NCBI GenBank assembly: GCA_016180435.1
Contig: JACPBG010000002.1
Location: forward strand, 1 to 58,341
Length of the DNA stretch: 58,341 nucleotides
From: Candidatus Sungiibacteriota bacterium
GTDB lineage: Bacteria; Patescibacteriota; Minisyncoccia; Sungbacterales; HO2-52-23
Direction: 5' to 3'
This document shows, piece after piece, positions 34,039 to 42,937 of the stretch. The notes beneath the pieces were generated by a model. That model searched no databases and had not been told where the DNA came from. It saw nothing but the letters and a program-made list of their open reading frames with translations. Position numbers and translations under genes: made by a program. Each line of letters starts with the position of its first letter. The first letter of the stretch is position 1.

Positions 34039-35208
34039 TCATTTTACAAGAGGAAGCGTAATCAAAAATATCGTTCCTTTGCCCGGTTCGGAAACGAAAT
34101 TCACGGATCCGCCGTGGCGTTCCACTATGGTTTTGGCGGCGTAAAGCCCGATGCCCGAGCCATCCGGCTGTAGAAGCAGCGCGTTTTTGGCGCGGAAGAA
34201 TTTGGTGAAAATCATGTTTTGCTCCGTTGGCGGTATGCCGATTCCGGAATCCTCCACGCGCGCGATTGCATTTTTTGCTTCGGCGCGGAGCGTTATTCGC
34301 ACCCTGCCTTTAGGAGAATATCGAATTGCATTATCAATCACGTTTTCAAGCGCAATCCTAATTTTAGCGCGATCGGCATCAAATGTAACAGCTGTTTCGG
34401 GCGGCTCGAACAAAACATCGGTTTCTTTCTGGTGCGATAAAAGCTCCAGCCCTTCCAAGATTTCGCGTATTAAAGATGTGGCATCCACCGGAACCTTTTT
34501 AAGTTGGCTGTCAGTAAGTTCAAAGGCCCGCGCGCGGAACATGTCATCCACTATTCCGGCTAGCCGCGCAACGCTTTGTTTGCATTTTTGCAGGATGAAG
34601 CGCGAGTTTTCGGGCAGCGCTTTATCCATCAGCGCCGAATCCAGGGCCCAGCGCACTTCGGTCAAGGGGGTGCGTAATTGGTGGGATGTTACGGTTATAA
34701 AATCAGATTTTTCTTTATCAAACTGCAGAAGTTCTCCGTATTTTTGGCGCAAGGTCTCATTGGCCTGTCGTCCGCGGTTTGTTTCATGCAGCAGGCGATA
34801 TACATAGATCGTATAAATCGCCATTAGAATCAAACCAAAAATAGTGACCGGGGAGGATGATTCGGCAAATAGAGTTATGATAAAGAGCGCCACGAGTGAT
34901 AGCATTCCCAGTACTACGACCGCGATTGATTCAATGTCCAGGGAAGATGATATAGCGGAATTTCCCGGAGCCATTATTAAAAATGCTACTCCGCCCAATA
35001 CCATGATCGTTATTAAAAAACCCCCGATTAAAAATGGCGCGCTTAGGGAGTTTATCAATTCTCCTATGGGCAGCAGCGTGGCGGCGCTTATTATAATTAT
35101 GCCGCCGAATATGATTAACCGCAGAAGCGCCCAAAACCGTTTGGATGATGTTGGTTTTGCTATGACTGGAATTTCCGGTTCGGGTTTAATGCCTTGGGAT
35201 TGTTCCAT
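34039..35208 (-). CDS. Sensor histidine kinase (orphan)
   Basis: TM-rich N-terminus, H-box SHQLRTPLTEV, HATPase_c G-boxes GSGIGLYAAK. Confidence 0.85.
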   Translation of the reverse strand: MEQSQGIKPEPEIPVIAKPTSSKRFWALLRLIIFGGIIIISAATLLPIGELINSLSAPFLIGGFLITIMVLGGVAFLIMAPGNSAISSSLDIESIAVVVLGMLSLVALFIITLFAESSSPVTIFGLILMAIYTIYVYRLLHETNRGRQANETLRQKYGELLQFDKEKSDFITVTSHQLRTPLTEVRWALDSALMDKALPENSRFILQKCKQSVARLAGIVDDMFRARAFELTDSQLKKVPVDATSLIREILEGLELLSHQKETDVLFEPPETAVTFDADRAKIRIALENVIDNAIRYSPKGRVRITLRAEAKNAIARVEDSGIGIPPTEQNMIFTKFFRAKNALLLQPDGSGIGLYAAKTIVERHGGSVNFVSEPGKGTIFLITLPLVK

Positions 35209-35282
35209 ATATACATTATAGAGTATTGATGAATCATCTTAAAGTCATTGACATCCACAGTATAGGTAGTATACTTTTTGTT

Positions 35283-35618
35283 ATGTTAATGATTCGTTTT
35301 CAGCGTGTCGGCAGGCGCAATGATCCCGCGTTTCGGGTTGTGCTTGCGGAAAAGCGCTCCAAGCCAAAATCCGGCGAAATCGAGATTTTGGGCTCGTATC
35401 ATCCCAAGACCAAAGAAGCGGCTCTAAAATCCGAGCGGATTTTATATTGGATCGGAAAAGGAGCGCAATGTTCCCCGACTGTTTATAATCTTTTAATTAC
35501 CAAAGGGGTCATTCAGGGGAAAAAAATAAATGTCGTTCAGAAAATAGCTGTAACGGCAGAAACTGCGAAGATGGAAACAGTGGTTGCGCCGGAAACGGAT
35601 GTTGCAACCGCAACTTGA
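35283..35618 (+). CDS. rpsP: 30S ribosomal protein S16
   Basis: MLMIRFQRVGRRNDPAFRVVLAE...; internal Met chosen. Confidence 0.9.
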   Translation: MLMIRFQRVGRRNDPAFRVVLAEKRSKPKSGEIEILGSYHPKTKEAALKSERILYWIGKGAQCSPTVYNLLITKGVIQGKKINVVQKIAVTAETAKMETVVAPETDVATAT

Positions 35619-35797
35619 CGCAGGAGCCGTAAAAGAGTATAATGGAAATACTTTAAAGGAGGTACCGAAACGCAGAATTGCTGCGTGTAAGTAATGCAAA
35701 GGTCGAGGCTGAAATCAGCTTACAGCAATCAGCATTCAGCTATCAGCTATGATAAAAGCCGAAAGCAGAAAGCCGAGAGCTTCAAGCTGCGATAGTA

Positions 35798-36133
35798 ATG
35801 GCTAAAATGCCACAAGATCAGGAGTTCCTTGAGTATATGGTAAAGGCCCTTGTGGATAATCCGTCTGCGGTAAAAACTGACCGCAAAGTGGATGAAATGG
35901 GGGTCTTGATCATGCTTAAGGTTGATCCGGCTGACATGGGAAAGATCATCGGCCGCAACGGCAATACCGCCAAGGCGATCAGATCGCTTCTTCGCGTGGT
36001 AGGCGTGAAAAATAACGCCCGCGTGAATTTGAAGATCGAGGAGCCGGAAGGAGGCCGTGGTCCCAGAATGCCCCGCGAGGGAGGATCCCGCATGCGGGAC
36101 GTGGATGATGTGGTGGATGATTTGAAGCTCTAA
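35798..36133 (+). CDS. KH-domain RNA-binding protein (KhpA/YlqC-like) with R/G-rich tail
   Basis: GKIIGRNGNTAKAIRSLL KH motif; position between rpsP and trmD. Confidence 0.8.
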   Translation: MAKMPQDQEFLEYMVKALVDNPSAVKTDRKVDEMGVLIMLKVDPADMGKIIGRNGNTAKAIRSLLRVVGVKNNARVNLKIEEPEGGRGPRMPREGGSRMRDVDDVVDDLKL

Positions 36134-36263
36134 TGAGCTTCGCGGACCGACGCGAATTTAACGCGGACAGTCGCGGAAATCAAAAGCGAAATTCAATTTT
36201 ATTTTGCCGAAAACCGTGCTACAATTGTGGTGCGGTTTTTGGTTGTATAATATTTTCAAATCA

Positions 36264-37022
36264 ATGCGTTTTGATATCATAACTATATTCCCCGAAGTAT
36301 TTGAATCATATTTAAATGCCTCAATGATCAAGCGCGCACGAGCTAAAAAACTCGTGGATATTCGGATACACGATTTACGCAATTATGTAAAAGTAGCCCC
36401 TCGACCCGCTTCGCTCTCGCTTCAGCGAGGCGAGCAGGCTCGGGGCAACTTGCCGCTTCGGCGGCAAGTTGATGACCGGCCGTACGGAGGAGGACCCGGC
36501 ATGGTTTTAAAAGTTGAGCCGATTATAAAAGCAATTGAAAAACTTTTAAAACCAATTTCCAATTCCCAATTCCCAATTTCCAAACGAAAGAAGGTAAAAA
36601 TCATTTTATTTTCCGCGGCCGGGAAGCAGTTTGACGCCAAAATAGCTGCGGATTTTGCCAAAAAATACGACCGCATTGTAATGATTGCCGGCCATTATGA
36701 AGGAATAGACGAACGGATTGGTAAAATTATTTTTGAAAATTGGAAATTGGAAATTGAAAATTTGTCGGTAGGTCCTTATGTGCTGACAGGCGGCGAATTG
36801 CCCGCCCTCGTTGTCGTGGATGCCGTATCACGCCACATTCCCGGATTTTTGGGAAAAGCGGAATCATTGGAAGAGAAACGATACGGCGTAGGGCTTCCTG
36901 TTTATACCCGCCCCGAAGTATTTTCGTACAAGGGTAAAAAATATCACGCGCCTAAGATTCTTCTTTCTGGCGACCATAAAAAAATAGAAATTTGGAGGCG
37001 CAAACAAAAAAGAGATATTTAA
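36264..37022 (+). CDS. trmD: tRNA (guanine37-N1)-methyltransferase TrmD with three in-frame insertions
   Basis: MRFDIITIFPEVF start, VDDRPYGGGPGMV, GHYEGIDERI motifs. Confidence 0.92.
   Translation: MRFDIITIFPEVFESYLNASMIKRARAKKLVDIRIHDLRNYVKVAPRPASLSLQRGEQARGNLPLRRQVDDRPYGGGPGMVLKVEPIIKAIEKLLKPISNSQFPISKRKKVKIILFSAAGKQFDAKIAADFAKKYDRIVMIAGHYEGIDERIGKIIFENWKLEIENLSVGPYVLTGGELPALVVVDAVSRHIPGFLGKAESLEEKRYGVGLPVYTRPEVFSYKGKKYHAPKILLSGDHKKIEIWRRKQKRDI
36393..36470. repeat. GC-rich multi-hairpin insertion in trmD
   Basis: Starts with the 15-mer aagtagcccctcgac shared with 4510-4524; contains gcaacttgccgcttcggcggcaagttg hairpin. Confidence 0.75.
36551..36584. repeat. CCAATTT heptamer repeats in trmD (left arm)
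   Basis: accaatttccaattcccaattcccaatttccaaa, encodes ISNSQFPIS. Confidence 0.8.
36731..36763. repeat. AAATTGG heptamer repeats in trmD (right arm)
   Basis: ttttgaaaattggaaattggaaattgaaaattt, complementary to 36551-36584; encodes ENWKLEIENL. Confidence 0.8.
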
Positions 37023-37711
37023 TCTCTTTGTTTTTCAAACATTTGGGCAGTCGCGCGCACGGCATCGCGGAATGATTTTTCAATAATGAGCGGCTGGGTT
37101 AAAGGTGCGTGGTTGCACATGAGGAAGTGGATGGTGAAACATGTTTGTTTGTCCCAGTGTTTAAGACCAAGCATATGTCCCCATTCGTGCCACAAGATTT
37201 CAGTGAAGTACTCACGTCCTCGATTTTTAAAATCTTTCAAGATCGCATGTTTGCCGGGATTTCTGTGATTTCGCGTTAATCCGTCAAGTTGTTTGAATCT
37301 TAATGTATTTTCTTCCGTAAGGTCTTGATACCATAAAACCTCGGATGTAACAGTGAAAATATAATCTGCATTTTGTATATTTACGAGTTGCGCGTCAAGC
37401 ATGGAAAGGAAAGGGTACGATTCAATGCCACTCTTTTTTTCACTTGCAGGAAAGATGTCTTTACTCTCGGGAGTAATAAGCGGCGGCAGAAACGGAAGCG
37501 GTTTGATGAATGAAATGGAGATTGCGATATCAAATTCTTTTGCAGTTCTCCATACCGCGTCATGTACCCGTATTTCTATACCGCCTTGATTTCCAAATTC
37601 TTTGAGAGCACCGGTGGTATAAAAAAATCCGAATTTGACTGGCCGGGCATTGGCCAATGGCGGTGCAACGAGAAGCAACGCAAAAATCAGCAGTATTTTT
37701 CGCATAAGCAT
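37019..37711 (-). CDS. Secreted metzincin-like zinc metalloprotease
   Basis: Signal peptide; exact HEWGHMLGLKH (HExxHxxGxxH) motif. Confidence 0.65.
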   Translation of the reverse strand: MLMRKILLIFALLLVAPPLANARPVKFGFFYTTGALKEFGNQGGIEIRVHDAVWRTAKEFDIAISISFIKPLPFLPPLITPESKDIFPASEKKSGIESYPFLSMLDAQLVNIQNADYIFTVTSEVLWYQDLTEENTLRFKQLDGLTRNHRNPGKHAILKDFKNRGREYFTEILWHEWGHMLGLKHWDKQTCFTIHFLMCNHAPLTQPLIIEKSFRDAVRATAQMFEKQRD

Positions 37712-37757
37712 GCTGTTTTGGTTTTGATTGAGCTTGTTATATGGTACTATAAATTAT

Positions 37758-39161
37758 ATGGAAAATCAAGGGTTTCAATTTCCAAAAGGGTTTTTTGGGG
37801 CCGAAGCTAAAGGCTTCGGCGGGAAATTTAGTGAGCCGGGTGAAGCCCGTGCGAGCGTTAAAAATTTCCCCGGGGTTCGCCTAGGGGGCGAACGGCAGCC
37901 GAAGGCCGGGCACTTCCCCAAAGGTTTCCTTTGGGGAAGTGCTACGAGCGCGCATCAGGTAGAAGGGAACAATCGTAACGACTGGACCGAGTGGGAACAT
38001 TTTAACGCTAAACGCCTAACGCTAAACGCTAAATCAAAGAATTGGCCGGATTATATTCTAAAAAATTATCCCAGTCCCTTGCAGGAGGAAAATTATATTT
38101 CTGGCCGCGCGTGTGACCACTACAACCGCTTTCGCGAGGATTTTGATATTGCTAAATCCCTTGGCCACAACGCGCACCGTTTTTCCATTGAGTGGTCACG
38201 GATTGAGCCGGAGGAAGGGAGGTGGGATGAAAAAGAAATCAAGCATTACCGCGAAGTGCTTTGCTCTTTGCGCGAGCGGGGAATGGAGCCGTTTGTGACC
38301 CTTTGGCATTGGACTAATCCGGTTTGGTTTGCGGAGCGCGGGGGATGGTTATGTAAAAATGCGCCTTTTATTTTTGCGCGGTTTTGTAAAAAAGCTGTCG
38401 AGTGTTTTCCGGATGTTAAATACTGGATAACGATGAATGAGCCGGAGGCATTTCCGCGTCACGGCTATTTGCTTAAAGATCGTCCGCCGGCCCGGGGCGA
38501 AATAATTTCTATGTTCCGCGCCTTAAGGAATCTGGCGCGCGCGCATAAGGCGGCGTATCTTGCGATGAAAGAATTTAACTCCGCTCTTTTTATTGGATAT
38601 TCCGAGAGTTCTGTTTTTTTTGAGCCATTCAACCGCATGCCGCATAATATTTTAGCATTTAAGTTATTGCGCTGGTGGCGAAATAACCCATTTTTCTGTC
38701 GCATGTCGCATGATTCTGATTTTATAGGATTGCAGTTCTATTTTCATAGCCGAGTGCGTATTCATCCAAAATCGCAATGGTGGTTTCAATATAACGAAAA
38801 TAAAAAAGTAAGCGATTTTGGCTGGGAAATTTATCCGGAAGGCATTTATCGTGTTTTAAAGGATCTAAAAAAACATAATAAGCCGATATTTATTACAGAG
38901 AACGGCTTGGCGGATGCGCGTGATATTTATCGCGAAAAATTTATAAAGGAGCATTTGCGCTGGATGCATAAAGCGATTTCTGAAGGCGTTGATGTGCGCG
39001 GCTATTTTCACTGGTCGCTTTTGGATAATTTTGAATGGCAGCAGGGCTTTTGGCCCAGGTTCGGACTGGTGGAGATTGATTATAAAACTCAGGAACGTAG
39101 AATTAGACAAAGTGCGTATGAATATGCTAAAATCGTAAAAGCAAATGCAATAGATCTTTGA
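37758..39161 (+). CDS. Glycoside hydrolase family 1 beta-glucosidase with N-terminal insertion
   Basis: FPKGFLWGSATSAHQVEG, TMNEP and ITENG catalytic motifs. Confidence 0.9.
   Translation: MENQGFQFPKGFFGAEAKGFGGKFSEPGEARASVKNFPGVRLGGERQPKAGHFPKGFLWGSATSAHQVEGNNRNDWTEWEHFNAKRLTLNAKSKNWPDYILKNYPSPLQEENYISGRACDHYNRFREDFDIAKSLGHNAHRFSIEWSRIEPEEGRWDEKEIKHYREVLCSLRERGMEPFVTLWHWTNPVWFAERGGWLCKNAPFIFARFCKKAVECFPDVKYWITMNEPEAFPRHGYLLKDRPPARGEIISMFRALRNLARAHKAAYLAMKEFNSALFIGYSESSVFFEPFNRMPHNILAFKLLRWWRNNPFFCRMSHDSDFIGLQFYFHSRVRIHPKSQWWFQYNENKKVSDFGWEIYPEGIYRVLKDLKKHNKPIFITENGLADARDIYREKFIKEHLRWMHKAISEGVDVRGYFHWSLLDNFEWQQGFWPRFGLVEIDYKTQERRIRQSAYEYAKIVKANAIDL
37801..37910. repeat. 110-nt GC-rich multi-hairpin insertion near the GH1 N-terminus
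   Basis: gccgaagctaaaggcttcggc, gggaaattt...aaatttccc, ttcgcc...ggcgaa hairpins; flanked by degenerate duplication of the FPKGF codons. Confidence 0.8.
38003..38034. repeat. CTAAACG heptamer repeats inside GH1
   Basis: taacgctaaacgcctaacgctaaacgctaaat, encodes NAKRLTLNAKS. Confidence 0.75.
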
Positions 39162-39172
39162 GGTTTTACATT

Positions 39173-39496
39173 ATGTGTATAAAGCGGTGGTATGAATTTC
39201 CGGTTTTAAATCCAGATGGCACTAAAGATGGTCCGGTGTTGGTGCTCGGCGAGGGTGAAACCGAAGCGGAGGCATATTTGAATGCGGATTCTAAAGCGCG
39301 TATAGCGGCTGCGGTACGCGATGAAATAGATAATTTTCCTCCAGGTGTATCCCGTACTCTGGGTCAGGGAAAGAAATGCCACTGGCCCTATGGGATTTTG
39401 ATTGTCACATACGAAGATGGAATTGAGGTAATAACGAATATGGAAACCGGCGAGACAAAAACCTGGTTTCCGGATTCTGCCGCGTCGTTGCAGTGA
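39173..39496 (+). CDS. Hypothetical protein
   Basis: ATG 9 nt after GAGG; 107 aa. Confidence 0.4.
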   Translation: MCIKRWYEFPVLNPDGTKDGPVLVLGEGETEAEAYLNADSKARIAAAVRDEIDNFPPGVSRTLGQGKKCHWPYGILIVTYEDGIEVITNMETGETKTWFPDSAASLQ

Positions 39497-39559
39497 TTTT
39501 ATTCTATTTTTGACAGGCGTTTTGCGCCTTCAGTGAAAGACCGCGCATCAATAATTTTT

Positions 39560-39585
39560 AAGCGCCATTTCGGCGCTTGTTTTAT
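39560..39585 (+). terminator. Terminator hairpin
   Basis: agcgcc-atttc-ggcgct plus T-rich tail; identical stem-loop at 39884-39910. Confidence 0.6.
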
Positions 39586-39634
39586 ATTCTTACATAATAT
39601 ACACTATAAAAAGGTCTTTTCGGGAGACAGTAAA

Positions 39635-39886
39635 ATGCGAAAACAAAAATGTTATTCTTTTCTCGATCAGTTCCGGAATTATCTTCGTGGGCAAATGGTG
39701 CAAGAGGGACTGTCAAAAAGGGAAATCAATGCCGTGATTAGAGACGCCGATTCCGGTAAAGCAACTATTTTATCGGGTTTGAAAAAACACGGATTGTCTG
39801 AGCGAAAAGCCGTCGCACTCGTTACGCGCGCAGATAATTATATTATGGAGTGGATTCGTACGCATAAGTTTGTTTCGTTAAATTAG
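39635..39886 (+). CDS. Hypothetical protein (83 aa)
   Basis: Internal Met after GGGAGA; upstream part of the ORF spans a terminator hairpin. Confidence 0.4.
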   Translation: MRKQKCYSFLDQFRNYLRGQMVQEGLSKREINAVIRDADSGKATILSGLKKHGLSERKAVALVTRADNYIMEWIRTHKFVSLN

Positions 39887-39910
39887 CGCCATTTCGGCGC
39901 TTATTTTATT
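39884..39910 (+). terminator. Terminator hairpin
   Basis: agcgcc-atttc-ggcgct plus TTATTTTATTT. Confidence 0.65.
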
Positions 39911-39920
39911 TACTTTTTGC

Positions 39921-39960
39921 TATCTTATGCTTATCCGCGACCGCGGATAAGCATAAGATA
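39921..39960. repeat. Perfect 19-bp-arm palindrome
   Basis: tatcttatgcttatccgcg-ac-cgcggataagcataagata. Confidence 0.85.
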
Positions 39961-40003
39961 CGGATTGTTTCTCGAAAAATAGTCACTGGAGTATTATGGA
40001 TAT

Positions 40004-41824
40004 ATGTCCTGGCTTCTTATTTCAATACTTTCCAATACTATCCTTGCGTTCTCGGCGGTTTTCGATAAATTACTTCTTGGACGGAGCATTAAAGATCCGT
40101 TGATTTATGCTTTTTGGACTGCTATCTCTTCTCTGGCGGCAGTAGTATTGATTCCATTCGGCTCAATTTCGGTTTCGTGGGATATTTTTTGGCTTGCATT
40201 GGCAACTGGGGCAATTTGGTTTTGGGGAGCGCTTTTTTTCATGATTGCCATTTCGCGCGGAGAGGCATCCACCGCTTTGCCGCTTATCGGCGCACTTGCT
40301 CCGATTGCCACGTTTTTTACTTCAGCCGCATTTTTGGATGGCGGTCTCGGGGTCACGGAATATTTTGGTTTTTTCTTCCTGGTTTTCGGAGGATTTATTT
40401 TTTTGATTGCCGAGGAGCCGAAACTGCGCATGCCGGTATTTATCGCGGCCGGTTTGTCCGCTGTTTTTTTCGGGATTTCAAACGCCCTGTTGAATCCGGT
40501 ATTTTTACATAGTTCTTTCGTAGCCGGTATTTTCTGGACAAGGATAGGCGCGGTCATTGCAGCCGCAACACTGCTTTTTTCTTCCAAGGTGCGCGAGCGT
40601 CTTTTTGCGGTCGCGCACGCGGGAAATATCCGCGATTGGATAATGTATTGGGGAAACCGCATACTGGCTGCCGGAGGAGTAATTCTTAATTTTTACCCGT
40701 TTGTTTTGGCGCACCCGGCCTTGGTGGATGCGGCCAACGGTTTTAAATATGCGGTTATCGTGTTTTTGGGATGGATTATTCTCGGGGAGCGATTTCGCGG
40801 CAAAATATTGATGCTAAAAGTTTTGGCAACTGCTTTGATCATCGGCGGACTTTTATGGTTCGGGCTTGGCGAATATGCCTCAAGCATTCCGGTTGACGGG
40901 AGCCGGGAAATTCAATGGGGGATTACGTTTTCCCATAAATTTTCCCGTGATTTGGGTCTGAATTGGCGGGAGAATTTCAATGCGATACTTTATGAGGTCA
41001 AACCTCATAAGATTAGATTGGTGGCGTATTGGGATGAGATTGAGCGCGAGCGCGGCAAATATGATTTTTCTGATCTTGACTGGATGATGGACCGGGCTCG
41101 CGAATCGGGAACAGAGATTATATTGGCAGTTGGACTTCGGGTGCCGAGATGGCCGGAATGCCATGTGCCCGAATGGGCACAGAACTTAGAACTTAGAACT
41201 CAGAATTTAGCAGTACACGAATATATGCGGGCGGTGGTGGAAAGATATAAAAATAATCCGGCGATTAAAATGTGGCAGGTGGAAAATGAGCCGTATCTGC
41301 GGTTCGGGGAGTGTCCGGAACGCGAGAGTGGATTTTTAGAAAGAGAAATTGCGCTGGTAAAATCAGTTGATCCATCCCGGCCAATACTTGTAACCGACGG
41401 CGGAGAATTCGGGGATTGGTATCGCGCGTCCAAGGCCGGAGATGTCTTTGGAACAACCATGTATCGCCGTGCATATCCGCGCTTTATAGGGCCGATATTC
41501 GGCGTGATTGAATATCCTTTGTCGCCTGCTTATTTCAGATTTAAGGAAAAGTTGATTCGCTGGATTGTGGGTAATTATGATAAAAAATTTATAGTAATTG
41601 AATTGCAGGGCGAGCCGTGGAGTTCGGTCCAGTTGCGCGATGTTTCACTGGAAGAGCAGTTTCGCATATTTGATCTTGAATATTTCCGTGATACTATCCG
41701 TTACGCTCGCGATACCGGATTTGATGAATATTATTTATGGGGCGCGGAGTGGTGGTATTGGCTGGGTAAAAAACATAATGACTGGAGATTTTGGGATGAA
41801 GCCAAGGGCTTGCTACGCAATTAA
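40004..41824 (+). CDS. Fusion protein: EamA/DMT-like 10-TM domain + glycoside-hydrolase-like TIM-barrel domain
   Basis: About 290 aa of TM helices, then a WDEIERERGKYDFSDLD...QVENEPY (GH5/GH42-like NEP) region. Confidence 0.7.
   Translation: MSWLLISILSNTILAFSAVFDKLLLGRSIKDPLIYAFWTAISSLAAVVLIPFGSISVSWDIFWLALATGAIWFWGALFFMIAISRGEASTALPLIGALAPIATFFTSAAFLDGGLGVTEYFGFFFLVFGGFIFLIAEEPKLRMPVFIAAGLSAVFFGISNALLNPVFLHSSFVAGIFWTRIGAVIAAATLLFSSKVRERLFAVAHAGNIRDWIMYWGNRILAAGGVILNFYPFVLAHPALVDAANGFKYAVIVFLGWIILGERFRGKILMLKVLATALIIGGLLWFGLGEYASSIPVDGSREIQWGITFSHKFSRDLGLNWRENFNAILYEVKPHKIRLVAYWDEIERERGKYDFSDLDWMMDRARESGTEIILAVGLRVPRWPECHVPEWAQNLELRTQNLAVHEYMRAVVERYKNNPAIKMWQVENEPYLRFGECPERESGFLEREIALVKSVDPSRPILVTDGGEFGDWYRASKAGDVFGTTMYRRAYPRFIGPIFGVIEYPLSPAYFRFKEKLIRWIVGNYDKKFIVIELQGEPWSSVQLRDVSLEEQFRIFDLEYFRDTIRYARDTGFDEYYLWGAEWWYWLGKKHNDWRFWDEAKGLLRN
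41180..41213. repeat. TAGAACT heptamer repeats inside the EamA-GH gene
   Basis: cagaacttagaacttagaactcagaatttagcag, encodes QNLELRTQNLA. Confidence 0.8.
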
Positions 41825-41847
41825 AAAAAGCGCAAATTCTTTGCGCT
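41823..41847. terminator. Bidirectional terminator
   Basis: agcgcaaa-ttc-tttgcgct preceded by A-run. Confidence 0.65.
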
Positions 41848-42298
41848 ATCTGTGAAGTTGTACCGTATATTCACGGTGATCTTGAATAAGCACTTGCGGT
41901 TTTCTGAATGTATTTATGGAAAGAAGTACTTTTGTTGCCGCTCTTAGGATATCCTCGGCGTCGTTCTCGTCAATTCCTGGCGATACTAAACCCATAGACA
42001 CCAAATCTCTAAGACTGAATCCCAGATCCTTAGACGGACTATTTTTTTGTGAAAGATCTTTGGAAAGGACGATTTGTTTGGTCGCGACGTTTTTTTGAAA
42101 TAGCCGATCAAGTATCGCCTCAATGGCTGTTTGGGCAAGCGGCATGAGGATGTTCATACGAAAGTATCCACGTGACACCTTTTCTGATCTATGACCCAAC
42201 TTCAGATAGAATTCTTTTTCAAGTTCTTGGGCGACCTTGTCGTAAACCTCGTTCAGAATCAGTTGCGAATTCACGTCAAATATCTTTCTCATTTTCAC
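41846..42298 (-). CDS. Hypothetical protein
   Basis: 150-aa ORF. Confidence 0.45.
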   Translation of the reverse strand: MKMRKIFDVNSQLILNEVYDKVAQELEKEFYLKLGHRSEKVSRGYFRMNILMPLAQTAIEAILDRLFQKNVATKQIVLSKDLSQKNSPSKDLGFSLRDLVSMGLVSPGIDENDAEDILRAATKVLLSINTFRKPQVLIQDHREYTVQLHR

Positions 42299-42390
42299 TC
42301 CGTAAATATAATCTTTTTATAATATACCCCGCGTAAAATTTTGTCAAATTAAAAATCCCGCAGCGTTGCCGCGGGGGGTGTGGATTGATC

Positions 42391-42801
42391 TTATCGGGGT
42401 GGTGTGTGTTTTATCTCGTGCGTAGGAATTTGTGCCTTAAAAATATTGATATATTTTTTTAGGCGCAGTTTCTCGGTCTCGGCCAGGCACCTATACAGTT
42501 TGCGCTCAGTATTAAGTACAATCTTTTCAGGCATGGAAGGAAATGCTTCATGGATAAGTTCGTGGATAAGCGTCATAACCAAGGGGGTTTTTGTTTTTTG
42601 GTGTTTGCGTTTCCCAAGATAAATTTTATTATCAACGAGAAGTCCATATAGATCTTTATGCGGTTTGTCGGGATCGCGCAGGATTTTTTTAACATAGATC
42701 GCATCAATTTTTTTCTTGAGCGTGCGTGTGAGCCGTTTAGCCAGCCGTTTTACGCCCTCTTCGTTTGAGAGCAGTGGTCTCCGTTTATATATACGAGGCA
42801 T
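42391..42801 (-). CDS. Hypothetical protein with HExxH motif
   Basis: TLIHELIHEAF; 136 aa, basic N-terminus. Confidence 0.45.
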   Translation of the reverse strand: MPRIYKRRPLLSNEEGVKRLAKRLTRTLKKKIDAIYVKKILRDPDKPHKDLYGLLVDNKIYLGKRKHQKTKTPLVMTLIHELIHEAFPSMPEKIVLNTERKLYRCLAETEKLRLKKYINIFKAQIPTHEIKHTPPR

Positions 42802-42937
42802 AAACCACCCCTTGGAAAAGAACGATTTTCTATTTTGCTTATAGCATAAGGCTGTATTATATGCAAAGTTATGATTTGCCTTTCTTTTTGTCTTTATGAT
42901 ATGTTAGCGGTAATAGTTTCTTTGAAAGGCAAATATC

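Noticed and set aside
34151-34807. Long antisense ORFs opposite real genes. Examples: 34151-34807 opposite the histidine kinase, 18331-18870 opposite thrS, 31551-32132 opposite smc, 40105-40662 opposite the EamA-GH gene, 43258-43734 opposite DUF885, and 20548-20991 and 21355-21810 opposite dnaE.
   Set aside because: Each lies fully inside a gene with clear family motifs on the other strand. Each has low-complexity, S/R/P-rich or otherwise unconvincing composition and no start-site signals. They are shadow ORFs.
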